Of a stretch of 64,000 nt of DNA, positions 37,633-47,838 are shown piece by piece; the first letter of the stretch is position 1; every line of letters begins with the position of its first letter. Source of the DNA: a virus. Where the stretch lies: the IMG/VR virus record IMGVR_UViG_3300020198_000006, positions 30,152-94,151 of that record. One strand, given 5' to 3'. Under the pieces are notes generated by a model. It saw only the letters and a program-made list of their open reading frames with translations, did not search any database and was not told the origin of the DNA. A program made the position numbers and the translations under genes.

Positions 37633-39318
37633 TCAGTTTTCTCTTCTTTCTACTGCTGTATAGTGGTCGAATCTTTCATGTCGTATTGGTGATAAAAGAA
37701 GTACCGCCGGTTTAATTTCTTTCTTTTTTATTTTTTGAAACACATGGCTCATCCACGTCTGTTCAAAAGGATGGTCCCATTTAATATCTATAAAAATTTT
37801 ATGATTACCATCTCTTGATATCCATAATGGCCAATTACAATAATGTACCTCACCTTCCATATAAGTCACATCTTGATATTTTTTCATTTTTGTAAAAATG
37901 GTTCTCGGAGCATCAGGGTCTAAACCCCTAACAGGTAAACGTTTCTTTTCTGGAAAAAACTCCTCCCTTATATTTTGTGGTAAATTATACCATGCCCATT
38001 GAACCATGTTATCACCATAAAATTCAGAAAATGACAACTTTAAGTAATCATATTCATTTTCATATATAATTCTCAAGGACTTGTTAAACAAGTTATCCTT
38101 GTGTTTTGGGAACCCCGACATACATAAATCGGTTGTTTTCGGATGTAGAAACATATCATCCTCAAAGAAAATATAGTAATCGGAATCACTTTCATCAAAA
38201 TGCTCCGCAACCAATTGTCTACCCCCACATATCCCGATATTATCTTTTTTTATTTCCTCAAATCCATATTTCTCACATAGATAGGAATATGTTAAATCAG
38301 TCGATTTATCCAAAGAATTGTTCAATAAAAATTTCTTTGTCTTATCCAAAAAGTTTTTATCAACCTCTTCAAATGATTTACATAAAGCCCCAAATTGTTC
38401 AGGAGAATTATAAGTTAGAACATATAATGAAGTTTTAATTTCAGAAAATGGTTTTAAACCTCTCGATGTTTTTTTAATCCTTTCTTTGATACCTTTCAAA
38501 TTTTCAAAGAATGGCCATGCCAATCCGTTACCCTCAATTTCAAATCTATGTATTAAATCTGGATGTTTGTGACATAAGATAGTAAACAAACATTCATCCG
38601 CACCCATATAACCTGATTTAATTGTTGTATCAAGAATATTATAATACAACATATTAATTTGTGCCACCAACGATTTTTTTCCTCCAAAGAACCCACCTCT
38701 AGCAACATAATCGACAAACTCAACGCCACAATATTCCGCCATTTTTTTTCTTTCAAATCCGTGTATCTCATCATTGGATGTATATGGATATGTTATGAAA
38801 GTAAACTTATCATATAAATCAGAATAATAATCTAAATTATCTAAAACTTTGTCCTTATGAAAATATCCGCTATTAACAGTTGATGTTAATCCCCCGTCCA
38901 TCCAATAGTAATATTCAGAATCAAATGGATTATAAATCATGGTATCATGCACCATAAACATTTTACACATCATCATTGGATTATAAAACTCTAATGCCGC
39001 TTGTGGTGATTCCCTTAACCACCCCGCAAAATCATACCAACTTGGGTTTGTTCTTATCTCTTGTAATTTATCAAAGAAGGGAAACCAAGTTTTAAAATCC
39101 TCAACTTCTTTTATGTAAACTTTTGTATTGTCCTTATCCCTTATCTTCCAAACATCCTCTTCCAATTCTTTTGGTATCCAAATAGCCATAAAAGCATCGG
39201 CTTTAAGTGTTTCCAAAAACTTTTCTTTATAGTTGCTAAAATCTCTTTTACCCCAACCTTCTATTGAACCTCTTCCAAGGTCCCACAATCCTGTTACTAT
39301 TGTTACGTTTCGATTCAT
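37633..39318 (-). CDS. HtrL/YibB (WlaTC)-family glycosyltransferase fused to a second GT-A domain
   Basis: 'TIVTGLWDLGR', 'NPFDSEYYYWMDGG', 'GGFFGG'; second domain 'YIFFEDD'. Confidence 0.75.
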   Translation of the reverse strand: MNRNVTIVTGLWDLGRGSIEGWGKRDFSNYKEKFLETLKADAFMAIWIPKELEEDVWKIRDKDNTKVYIKEVEDFKTWFPFFDKLQEIRTNPSWYDFAGWLRESPQAALEFYNPMMMCKMFMVHDTMIYNPFDSEYYYWMDGGLTSTVNSGYFHKDKVLDNLDYYSDLYDKFTFITYPYTSNDEIHGFERKKMAEYCGVEFVDYVARGGFFGGKKSLVAQINMLYYNILDTTIKSGYMGADECLFTILCHKHPDLIHRFEIEGNGLAWPFFENLKGIKERIKKTSRGLKPFSEIKTSLYVLTYNSPEQFGALCKSFEEVDKNFLDKTKKFLLNNSLDKSTDLTYSYLCEKYGFEEIKKDNIGICGGRQLVAEHFDESDSDYYIFFEDDMFLHPKTTDLCMSGFPKHKDNLFNKSLRIIYENEYDYLKLSFSEFYGDNMVQWAWYNLPQNIREEFFPEKKRLPVRGLDPDAPRTIFTKMKKYQDVTYMEGEVHYCNWPLWISRDGNHKIFIDIKWDHPFEQTWMSHVFQKIKKKEIKPAVLLLSPIRHERFDHYTAVERREN

Positions 39319-39319
39319 C

Positions 39320-40279
39320 TTAGAATTTGAAATTTAAATGCATCCCTTCATGAGTCCCAATTTTAAAAATTTTACTCGGGTCATTTTCAGGAGAAAAATT
39401 CAATATTAAAAATTTTCTTGTCATGTATATTGGGTCACCTCCCATAGTATTATTATCAATATGAATGTTGAATTGTAGATTATCTTCTTTTAATAATGAT
39501 TCTTTTACAATATCCGTCACATCGTTTACAACGTTAAGTACTGAATTGGTATAACCCTCATCTATTTCAAATTCAGGTGTACCATAATTCGCACTATTCA
39601 ATATAATTTTTTGTCCTTTATATTTTGATTCTCCTTTATACCAATCAGGGTCGATATTTGTTACATACGGATTATATGTGAACTTATGCCATTCATAATT
39701 TTTTACGTCATTAACCCTCTCATTTAACCAAGCTTCATAATCCCAACGAGTACCTATGGATACTTCTTTTGTCTTCTCGATATGTTTGGTTTGTGACCAC
39801 CAGAAATTACCCCAAAACCAATTATTATTACATGTGACACCCACATTGTCATATTCATCAAGTTTTTCAATACACTCTTCCCATTTATCAATTAAGAAAT
39901 ATTCCAAACACTCTTTCCATGCGAGAATATTTTCAATTTTTTCTTTTGATACTTCTTTGGCTGTATATCTTGAATAGGTATTACTAACTCCCTTTGTGTG
40001 TAGGTATAAAATTTTACAATCATTAGATAAACCTAATTCTCTAACTTTTTTAATTGCGGGATATTCGGCTCTATTATCGGAAAAGAATTCTTTATTAAGT
40101 TTAGTAAATTCCTTTGTTAACTCATTAAATTCCTCTTCTGTTCCTTCGGATAGATTAATTGTGACATAAATTAAATTTGCCACGTCATAAAGCCCAGAGT
40201 TTTTTAATCTCAACAGTTGATTTGACACAACTTGTTTCCAATTACCGACCAAATAACAATGATATACTATATTAATCAT
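39320..40279 (-). CDS. Putative glycosyltransferase with a C-terminal lectin-like domain
   Basis: 'ILYLHTKGVS', 'GNFWW', C-terminal 'ANYG...DVT...GGDP...K.L'. Confidence 0.6.
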   Translation of the reverse strand: MINIVYHCYLVGNWKQVVSNQLLRLKNSGLYDVANLIYVTINLSEGTEEEFNELTKEFTKLNKEFFSDNRAEYPAIKKVRELGLSNDCKILYLHTKGVSNTYSRYTAKEVSKEKIENILAWKECLEYFLIDKWEECIEKLDEYDNVGVTCNNNWFWGNFWWSQTKHIEKTKEVSIGTRWDYEAWLNERVNDVKNYEWHKFTYNPYVTNIDPDWYKGESKYKGQKIILNSANYGTPEFEIDEGYTNSVLNVVNDVTDIVKESLLKEDNLQFNIHIDNNTMGGDPIYMTRKFLILNFSPENDPSKIFKIGTHEGMHLNFKF

Positions 40280-41602
40280 TTATTTCTTTTTAATCACACT
40301 CGTTATACTCCAATCAGGTTTTGATTGATAAATCTCAACCGACTCTATATTCTCATTTAAATAATTAATTTCATCATCAGATATAAAATCAGAAACAATT
40401 TTACCTGTATTTTGAAACCCCCTTAACATATCTAAAGTTATAGTCTTACTTGGGTCCCCCCAACCACACCAAGATTTGATTGGTTTTACAACTTCTAAAC
40501 TCGTGTGTAAATCTTCAATTATAAAAATACCCCCCGGTTTTAATGACTTAAACATTTTTGCTAATGTTATCTGTTGGTCACGCATTTTATGTGAACCATC
40601 ATCCAATATTATATCAATATCATTGTGTTCAAATGAAAACATTTCAATGTCCTCAATCTTTGATTGGTTCATTCTAACAAAATTCAATCTATCCTTATTA
40701 TGTTGAGATAATTTATATTCCGCTTGGGCTGGGTTAATGTCAAGACAATAAATTTCTGCGTTTACAAAATAATCTCTCCACAATTTAATTGATTCGCCAT
40801 CGTTAATACCAACCTCAACAAATTTTTTTACATCATTTCTCAATGGTTTAAATAAATCATTATAGATTAAATTAAAAAAATCATGCTCATGGTGTTTATC
40901 GGTCATATAATGATGAATAATATCGATGATTTCTACTCCGTCGGGTTTTGTTATATTGAAAATAGAATAGTATGCGGTATCTAATGTTCTATTTTTAACC
41001 AAACCATATGAAAATGCATGAAAAATAAAATTATTATGAGATGGGTCTCTAAAAACCCTACCATTTAAAACTTTATTATCAATAATTTTTATATTTGAAT
41101 TATATCCTTCATTATCATATAGGTAACCAAAACACGTTTGGTCATGCCATAAACCACTATTATAAAAACCTTCAGATTGTCCTTCAGGACCTTTTAACTC
41201 ATTACTAACATCCCACCATCGTTGAATAAAGGATTTTGACCATTCACTATTTTTAAAAAGTAAAACACCTGCATTCATTTTACTCGGTCCGTGGTCCTTC
41301 GTTACAATACAATCATAGTTTTCATCAATAAAATCCTCTATTCGATATGTTGGTTCACTAACAATTGCATCCGCATCTAAAAACAAAACATAATCGGGGT
41401 TATGCTCTTTTAATACATCTAAAAGTAAAAATGGTTTATACCAAGTAAATGCTCTTGTACCGATACTGTTTCTTATTTTCTCAGCATCAGTCTCAACGTG
41501 ATAAATGTATCCCTTCTCCTCACAATATTTTTCATTTATTGCCTTTGTGAATTTAGAATATGATAAATTAGGTGTCCAAAATTGGGCGATTACTATTTTC
41601 AT
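40280..41602 (-). CDS. GT34-like glycosyltransferase fused to a class I SAM methyltransferase
   Basis: 'WYKP', 'LFLDADA', 'NAGV', 'HDQ'; MTase 'EVGINDGES', 'ILDDGSH', 'LKPGGIFIIED'. Confidence 0.8.
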   Translation of the reverse strand: MKIVIAQFWTPNLSYSKFTKAINEKYCEEKGYIYHVETDAEKIRNSIGTRAFTWYKPFLLLDVLKEHNPDYVLFLDADAIVSEPTYRIEDFIDENYDCIVTKDHGPSKMNAGVLLFKNSEWSKSFIQRWWDVSNELKGPEGQSEGFYNSGLWHDQTCFGYLYDNEGYNSNIKIIDNKVLNGRVFRDPSHNNFIFHAFSYGLVKNRTLDTAYYSIFNITKPDGVEIIDIIHHYMTDKHHEHDFFNLIYNDLFKPLRNDVKKFVEVGINDGESIKLWRDYFVNAEIYCLDINPAQAEYKLSQHNKDRLNFVRMNQSKIEDIEMFSFEHNDIDIILDDGSHKMRDQQITLAKMFKSLKPGGIFIIEDLHTSLEVVKPIKSWCGWGDPSKTITLDMLRGFQNTGKIVSDFISDDEINYLNENIESVEIYQSKPDWSITSVIKKK

Positions 41603-41612
41603 ATTTTTAGTT

Positions 41613-42872
41613 TTACGAAAGATGTCCTTCAATACGCTCGCACCAACCTTTTGAAGTCGAGTATGGCCATACAACCCATTTTTTAGGTTTACCATCGGTG
41701 TTAAATGTTCTCCATACTTTATAGTAACCATCTCCGAAGTCAGCTTGGATTCTTTTTAATTCATTTGCGTCGGCATCTTGTCTATAGATTGTTTCACCTT
41801 TTTCATTTTCAAAAGCCACAACCCAAAACTCATAATCTTTTTCGGGTACTTGATTTGGATAAATGTCAATACAATGTTTGAAAATGGTTAAGAATGACTT
41901 TTCATATTCTTCTTCTGTAACTATTGGGTTAGGTGGTAATTTAAAGTCAAGTGTGTATTGTTGTACACCTCTCTTCTTAAAGGAAATACCGGCATATCTC
42001 TCATACCCTTGTAGTGTCCTTACTTTACCAAAATCATAAATTCCAAAATCAATATCCCTTACCTCTCCATCCATTTCAAACAACTTTCTGTTTCTTTTGT
42101 GACATTCCGAATTCTTGTTATGCCACGATTTATCATCATCCCATTGTTTGGTTCTACCTTTACGTGTGTATTCGTGCCAAGCAACGATTTTGTGAGGATG
42201 AAATAAATCATATCCCCATGTATATGCTCTTACAGCAATTGAAATCTCTTCTCCGTGGAAATAATAATTTGGGTCGTGGGGAACCTCAATAACAAATTGA
42301 CCAAGTGTAAAACAGAAATGTGCAGAATAAAATCTTGATGGTACGGGTTCTGTTAATTCTTTAAAATTATCTATTGATGCGGGTAAAAAGAAAATCGCGC
42401 CTTCAGGGATAAACCTATCAAAATTCATCTTCCAAGGAACCTGTGTTCTACCCGCCGGGTCATTTTCTGGGTCAAATGAAGAAATATACGAAGTGAGTAA
42501 AGGTTTTGTATGTCCCTTTTCCTGAAGTTGTTTTATCATCCCAATACATTCAACATCCCAATTTTGAATAAATCTATGATGTGAATCTAATTGTAATGTA
42601 TATTCTTCGTAATCATATTGTTGTTGTAGTAAATTTCTGGCCCAACACGCACCTTTTGACATTTTGTAATTTATGTCAATAATCTTAAACCTCGGGTCAT
42701 TCTTAAATTCACCCAAGATATCCCAAGCATTTTCTGGTGAGTGTTGCCAAGCTATTGAGAATACTAAATTTTCCGGATGTTTAGCCTTTTCAATACAATC
42801 TTTGAGTGTTGGTACTAGTTGAGGGTCTCTGTACGACGCGATTTGAATAAATATTTTACCATTGCCACCCAT
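41613..42872 (-). CDS. GT60-like (Skp1 GlcNAc-transferase-like) glycosyltransferase
   Basis: 'IFIQIASYRDP', 'GACWAR', 'LQLDSHHRF', 'FHGEEI..AVRAYTWGYD'. Confidence 0.85.
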   Translation of the reverse strand: MGGNGKIFIQIASYRDPQLVPTLKDCIEKAKHPENLVFSIAWQHSPENAWDILGEFKNDPRFKIIDINYKMSKGACWARNLLQQQYDYEEYTLQLDSHHRFIQNWDVECIGMIKQLQEKGHTKPLLTSYISSFDPENDPAGRTQVPWKMNFDRFIPEGAIFFLPASIDNFKELTEPVPSRFYSAHFCFTLGQFVIEVPHDPNYYFHGEEISIAVRAYTWGYDLFHPHKIVAWHEYTRKGRTKQWDDDKSWHNKNSECHKRNRKLFEMDGEVRDIDFGIYDFGKVRTLQGYERYAGISFKKRGVQQYTLDFKLPPNPIVTEEEYEKSFLTIFKHCIDIYPNQVPEKDYEFWVVAFENEKGETIYRQDADANELKRIQADFGDGYYKVWRTFNTDGKPKKWVVWPYSTSKGWCERIEGHLS

Positions 42873-42980
42873 GCGTTCCTTTGTTTAAAAATAAAAAGTA
42901 TCAATTATTATAGAATTTGTAAAGCACTATTTGATTTTATAATAATTATTATTTATACTTTACTATAAGGCCAATTAGAC

Positions 42981-43352
42981 ATGAATACAAAGTACCAACC
43001 CACAGTTATAAAAAAAGCAACCGAGATGATTGATATTCTTGAGGAGATAGGTTTCTTTGAGGAATATGAAATTGAGAATAAAGATTTTACCATGGAGTAC
43101 CTTTGTGAGGCACTAACACAAAAATTTATATTAGATGGTTTAGATGATGAAGAACCATTATTTAGTGAAAAAAATTTAAATAAATGTATAGCAGAAATAG
43201 TTGCGGGTTCTTATCTTTTCGAAATGAAAAAAAACGGAATTTTGGACTCAATAGAGGATGAAAACAACGAAGAGACGTTTTTCTTGACTAAAAGAGGTAG
43301 AAGGCTCGCAAAGGAAATGAAAAAAAGGGGTAAGTTGGGTGGATTAACCTAA
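42981..43352 (+). CDS. Hypothetical protein (winged-helix-like C-terminus)
   Basis: 'MKKNGIL...FFLTKRG'. Confidence 0.5.
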   Translation: MNTKYQPTVIKKATEMIDILEEIGFFEEYEIENKDFTMEYLCEALTQKFILDGLDDEEPLFSEKNLNKCIAEIVAGSYLFEMKKNGILDSIEDENNEETFFLTKRGRRLAKEMKKRGKLGGLT

Positions 43353-44102
43353 TTCAAATGTGTCTATAAAGTTTTTACCTGATTTTTTGTAACTTTCTTT
43401 TGTTTCGTCTTTGGTATCCATTGTAAACTGCCAATTCCAAGACAATTCATCCCTTACATCAAATCCAAAAAAAGATAAAACTTGTTTTTGTACATCAACA
43501 ACGTCTTTACCTCTCCAATTCTGACCTACAGCAATAACACCACAGGCGGTACCCTTTAAAATATTAGATTCACCTAAAGTTGTGTGTCTATTCTCTAACC
43601 AAGTCAATCTTTCAATCAAATTTTGATAAATAGCGTTCATTTGGCCCCACCTGATTGAGCCAAAAAACACAACCGAATCTGATTCAAATAGAATTTTAGT
43701 AATTTTCCATAGTTCATCATCAGGATTATTAATATTTCTCCAACATCTGTGTTGACCCGTTGGGTTTTTGTCTTTATCCTTTAAAGTGGCCCTTTTCAAG
43801 CCACACTCATTACCCTTCATGTGTGAAACATTTGCTTCACACGCATATATCTTTAAGTCGGGAACCTCAACTAACGAACATTTACTTTTACCTAAATAAG
43901 ATTGTATTGATTTTGCCAATAAAGTCGATTTTGGCTCTTCTTTCAACTCTTTCACCGCCCATCCACCCCTATTAGAAGTGGTGAGAAACAATACCCTTTC
44001 ACGCCTCTCTAAAAACTTAACCGTTTCAATTAATTTTTTATAGTTAGGGTCGTCTTTTTTTAATTTTGGGTCTATTTCCTCCAATAATTGAGTGAGGTTC
44101 AT
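43344..44102 (-). CDS. Flavodoxin-fold NAD(P)H-dependent FMN reductase-like protein
   Basis: 'TTSNR', 'KSTLLA', 'IYACE', 'SDSVVFFGSIRWG', 'LIERL'. Confidence 0.7.
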   Translation of the reverse strand: MNLTQLLEEIDPKLKKDDPNYKKLIETVKFLERRERVLFLTTSNRGGWAVKELKEEPKSTLLAKSIQSYLGKSKCSLVEVPDLKIYACEANVSHMKGNECGLKRATLKDKDKNPTGQHRCWRNINNPDDELWKITKILFESDSVVFFGSIRWGQMNAIYQNLIERLTWLENRHTTLGESNILKGTACGVIAVGQNWRGKDVVDVQKQVLSFFGFDVRDELSWNWQFTMDTKDETKESYKKSGKNFIDTFELG

Positions 44103-44434
44103 TTTTTATCTTTATTTTCCTCAACTTGAGTTGGTGGGTTGGCCATTTTTTTATGTTCCCTAACCTTATTCTTCAATTGTTTGATTGTATTATGTGCATT
44201 TGACAATGCAATTGACAAATTTTTCATTCTACCACTACTGATAGTCTTTAATCCTTCAGGAATTGAGTCGTCTAACTTTCTCAACTCTCTTATTGTCTCA
44301 ATAAGTTGGTTTTCAAACTCATCCATTTTGAATTGAACCTTATTATACTCCTCTCTGCGTACCTTTTTAGTTTCCTCAGAAAGAATTCCTCTGATTGTGC
44401 TAATAATATATTCGTGATTTAGTTCTTGTTCCAT
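44099..44434 (-). CDS. Hypothetical coiled-coil late protein
   Basis: 111 aa, late motif upstream. Confidence 0.5.
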   Translation of the reverse strand: MEQELNHEYIISTIRGILSEETKKVRREEYNKVQFKMDEFENQLIETIRELRKLDDSIPEGLKTISSGRMKNLSIALSNAHNTIKQLKNKVREHKKMANPPTQVEENKDKK

Positions 44435-44525
44435 AATAATATAAATACCTTGGTATCGGAATTTGGTTATTTAGATTTTTTTTCGTATATTTCTTATATA
44501 ATAACTAATTAACACCCAACTCTAT

Positions 44526-45551
44526 ATGGAATTATTTGATTTTGATGACATTTTGATTGAACCGGCAAAAATAACTAGCATTCGCTCGCGTAATTTCATA
44601 AACTCAAGGTATGAAAATGGTTACCTACCACTTTTTACCGCTCCGATGGACACTGTCATATGTCCTGAGAACCTACATTACTTCAAAAACAATGGTATTT
44701 TCCCTGTTTTACCAAGAATAAAATTACCAAATAACAATTATATTTCCATAACTGAATTCCTTTCATATGGTTTGGAAGATTTTGAAATGATTTTCCTCGA
44801 GAAGACTCAAAATGTTGACTCTGAGTTTCCAATACTCGCACTAATAGATGTTGCAAATGGGCATATGTCCGATTTAATGGATTTATCAAGTAAAGCAAAA
44901 TCAAAATATGGTGATAAAATAAAACTTATGGTTGGGAATGTTGCAAATCCCGATACTTTCCATGAATATTCAAAATTAGGTGTTGATTATGTGAGAATCG
45001 GCATTGGAAATGGTAACGGATGTTTAACCACCGTTCAAACCGGAGTTGGGTATCCTATGGCGTCACTAATTTCTGAATGTAGTAGATATAAATCAAATAA
45101 AACCAAAATAGTTGCGGATGGTGGATTCAAAAAATACTCAGATGTGGTAAAAGGTTTGGCTTTGGGAGCTGATTATGTTATGCTAGGGTCTGTTTTAAAC
45201 AAGTGTCTTGAAAGTTGTGGAGAAACAACGGATAACCATGGCGAAAAAATAGACCAATACCAACCTGAAACCAAAAAAATGTTTGATGTTAATATTCCCT
45301 TGTTTAAGGTTTTCAGAGGAATGAGTACAAAAGAGGTGCAAAGGGGTTGGGGTAAGACAAATCTAATAACGTCTGAAGGTGTTGTTCGAAAAAATCAAGT
45401 TGAATACACCATTGACGGATGGGCGGGTAATTTTGAATCTTATTTAAAATCCGCAATGAGTTATACTAATAAAAAAGAACTCCGCGATTTTATTGGTGGG
45501 GTTCATTATAACAGAATTACTTTAAATTCCTTTAGGAGATTTGATAAATGA
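44526..45551 (+). CDS. guaC: GMP reductase / IMPDH-family enzyme
   Basis: 'APMDTV', 'IDVANGH', 'GNVA', 'RIGIGNGNGCLTT', 'ADGG', 'FRGMST', 'SEG'; no CBS domains. Confidence 0.8.
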   Translation: MELFDFDDILIEPAKITSIRSRNFINSRYENGYLPLFTAPMDTVICPENLHYFKNNGIFPVLPRIKLPNNNYISITEFLSYGLEDFEMIFLEKTQNVDSEFPILALIDVANGHMSDLMDLSSKAKSKYGDKIKLMVGNVANPDTFHEYSKLGVDYVRIGIGNGNGCLTTVQTGVGYPMASLISECSRYKSNKTKIVADGGFKKYSDVVKGLALGADYVMLGSVLNKCLESCGETTDNHGEKIDQYQPETKKMFDVNIPLFKVFRGMSTKEVQRGWGKTNLITSEGVVRKNQVEYTIDGWAGNFESYLKSAMSYTNKKELRDFIGGVHYNRITLNSFRRFDK

Positions 45552-45552
45552 C

Positions 45553-45783
45553 CTATACGGAGAATTCTTTATCCTTGGCGGGTGTCAATTCACCATCTCT
45601 TTTCATACCCTCCTTAATGTAGGTTCTGATAAGTCTTGATACACTCATTTGTTTTATTAAAGCAACTTTTTCTATTTCATTAAAATAGGCGGGTACGACT
45701 CTAAAAGACAACATTTGTACAAGTTGCTTCGATTTTGGGACCTCTTGGCCCACCTTATCCTCTTCTAAATTATTAAAATCCAT
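45553..45783 (-). CDS. Ribbon-helix-helix DNA-binding protein
   Basis: 'LSFRV...EIEKVA...MSVSRLIR'. Confidence 0.7.
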   Translation of the reverse strand: MDFNNLEEDKVGQEVPKSKQLVQMLSFRVVPAYFNEIEKVALIKQMSVSRLIRTYIKEGMKRDGELTPAKDKEFSV

Positions 45784-45859
45784 ATGGGGACTATTTTTCT
45801 ATAAATATTTGGTAGTTTGTAAATATTTTCATATATTATATATATAAAATAAAAACATT

Positions 45860-46225
45860 ATGTCAGAGGAAAAAATTATCAGAACACAGACAAATGCGGT
45901 TAAATTGTGTGAGGAGAAATACCCCGAAACAACCGCGGAGTTTAAGAAAATACTTAGAGAGCAATACGAACTTTTTTGTAAAAAACAAATGAACTACGGA
46001 CCCGATAATATCTCGGTAGGCACCAGATTAGAGACTCCTGAGGAAGTGAAGTTGTCTCTTATGGGTCTGTGGTTCAGAATGAACGATAAAATCCAAAGAC
46101 TTAAACAGCTTGTTCTATTAGGTAAAGAAGATACCGTTGGGGAAAGCGCTCAAGACACATTTTCAGACCTCTCAGTTTATTCGATTATCTCCCAAATAGT
46201 AAGTAATGGGAAGTGGGCGAAATAG
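45860..46225 (+). CDS. DUF1599 / nucleotide-modification-associated domain protein
   Basis: 'KKQMNYG', 'RMNDKIQRL', 'ESAQDTFSDLSVYSII'. Confidence 0.8.
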   Translation: MSEEKIIRTQTNAVKLCEEKYPETTAEFKKILREQYELFCKKQMNYGPDNISVGTRLETPEEVKLSLMGLWFRMNDKIQRLKQLVLLGKEDTVGESAQDTFSDLSVYSIISQIVSNGKWAK

Positions 46226-46296
46226 GGTTTATAGGGTCTAAAACTCTATTTGATAATTCGAGCAATAAACTATTTATAATAAACGAAAGAGGCAAT

Positions 46297-46656
46297 ATGA
46301 AAATCAACACCCATCACCCTGCGTTTCTAAATTTTTTAGAAACCGTAAACTCGAACATTCTATCTAATATCACCCCAGAAAAATATTTTTCATTAACAAA
46401 AGAAAGAAAGCTTAGTGTACAATATTTAACATTGAAGTTGATTATTCAGTCAGTAAAAGTTAGGGCTAAATTGACGGATGGTGAGCTTTTTGAGTTCTCA
46501 CAAATATTGAGGAAAAAGAACGAGGAAATTGAAAACTATGAGCTTGCTTCAATCTTAAATGACATAATCTCAAATTTTAATACCCTAATTGACATGACTA
46601 AAACAATAAGGAGACAAAAAAGAACAGTTAAAGCGGATAAAACAACCAATGAGTAG
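46297..46656 (+). CDS. Hypothetical protein
   Basis: Start MKINT after a TATTTAT motif. Confidence 0.5.
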   Translation: MKINTHHPAFLNFLETVNSNILSNITPEKYFSLTKERKLSVQYLTLKLIIQSVKVRAKLTDGELFEFSQILRKKNEEIENYELASILNDIISNFNTLIDMTKTIRRQKRTVKADKTTNE

Positions 46657-47044
46657 ACGTGATATTGATTGCGAATTGAGTAAATCCTACACCAAGTATG
46701 CATTGAGATGGTGTGAGGAGAATCTAGGAATTAATCCACGAAAAAGGAAGAAGCTATCCATTGTCATTAGTGAAAGAAAAAGAAAACATGGTAAATTTAT
46801 TTATTACGGTAACTACTGCAATAATAGGAATCAAATTACTATCTATATCAACAATTGTGATTCTTTTAAGGATTTGATATCCACCATAATTCACGAATAC
46901 ACACATTATCTACAACCAATGGGTAGGTATAAAGAATACGAAAAACACTATTACTATTCCACTCATCCGTTTGAGAGACAGGCCAAAAGAAACGAAACAA
47001 GATATACCCAAACCTGTCTATCGTTTATTAGGAATAAATTCTAA
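46649..47044 (+). CDS. SprT-like HExxH metallopeptidase
   Basis: 'TIIHEYTHYLQ...HPFERQA'. Confidence 0.7.
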   Translation: MSRRDIDCELSKSYTKYALRWCEENLGINPRKRKKLSIVISERKRKHGKFIYYGNYCNNRNQITIYINNCDSFKDLISTIIHEYTHYLQPMGRYKEYEKHYYYSTHPFERQAKRNETRYTQTCLSFIRNKF

Positions 47045-47236
47045 TACCTCAGCGTCCTTTATTTCCCTTAAAAAAATAAGAGTTTTGTCGTTTGTGTTGT
47101 TTTGTTTCAAAACAATGTCACACTCTAAAAGGTCCCTTAATTCAGATATTCTATCTGTTTTAACGTGGGTTTCCTTAAATCTGCGGTATATGTAATATAA
47201 CTTTCCTTGGTAATTTACCAGTTCCTTAGTTAACAT
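47018..47236 (-). CDS. Hypothetical protein
   Basis: Small ORF coupled to the nuclease gene. Confidence 0.45.
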   Translation of the reverse strand: MLTKELVNYQGKLYYIYRRFKETHVKTDRISELRDLLECDIVLKQNNTNDKTLIFLREIKDAEVLEFIPNKR

Positions 47237-47838
47237 TAGTGTCCTACACAAGTGATTTCATGCTCCTGCCACGTCTTAGTTGGCTTATTATTTGTGAAAT
47301 AGTAACATTTGTATTTGTTAGTCTTTTCAAATAAAATGTGTTTTTTAAATGCATTTGGTACGGTTGCACCAGTTGGTAATTTAACGGACTTGTTATCAAA
47401 TACCAACTCAACCTTTATTGTGAGGGGTTCCTTATCGTCCCAAAGTCTCTCCTGTTCTTCTAAAATTCTCCACTCGCCCCTATTCATATATTGGTTTTGA
47501 AGTGCACAATTTAAATAACTAAACGTTTGTTTTAGATTATCCATATTATCTGAAAAAGTAGCTGCGGGGGCCATGTGACCCTTATCATATATGTTTTTAG
47601 CGTAATCTGCATCATCTGATGTGTGAATCTTTTGTTCAGTATAAAAATCCATACTCCCTCTATTAACGTTTGTTGGTCTGTTTGTAGACCTATATGTGAC
47701 CATCAATGGTTGTTCTAATTTTTGTGAATAAATCACCGAAAAAACATTATTCTTCACACTAACAACCTTTTGTTGTTGGTAAAATGAGACTAATAAAATA
47801 AAAAGAAATGAGATAGTTAATATGTATAATTTTTTCAT
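47236..47838 (-). CDS. Secreted DNA/RNA non-specific endonuclease (NucA/EndA family)
   Basis: Signal peptide, 'YDKGHMAP', 'TFSYLN..LQ...NRGEW..LE'. Confidence 0.9.
   Translation of the reverse strand: MKKLYILTISFLFILLVSFYQQQKVVSVKNNVFSVIYSQKLEQPLMVTYRSTNRPTNVNRGSMDFYTEQKIHTSDDADYAKNIYDKGHMAPAATFSDNMDNLKQTFSYLNCALQNQYMNRGEWRILEEQERLWDDKEPLTIKVELVFDNKSVKLPTGATVPNAFKKHILFEKTNKYKCYYFTNNKPTKTWQEHEITCVGH

Noticed and set aside
44526-45551. Evidence that the window is a bacterial chromosome (guaC, clpC, rpsU, ssrA)
   Set aside because: These genes are interleaved with T4-like virion genes and phage late motifs, with no cellular operon context.
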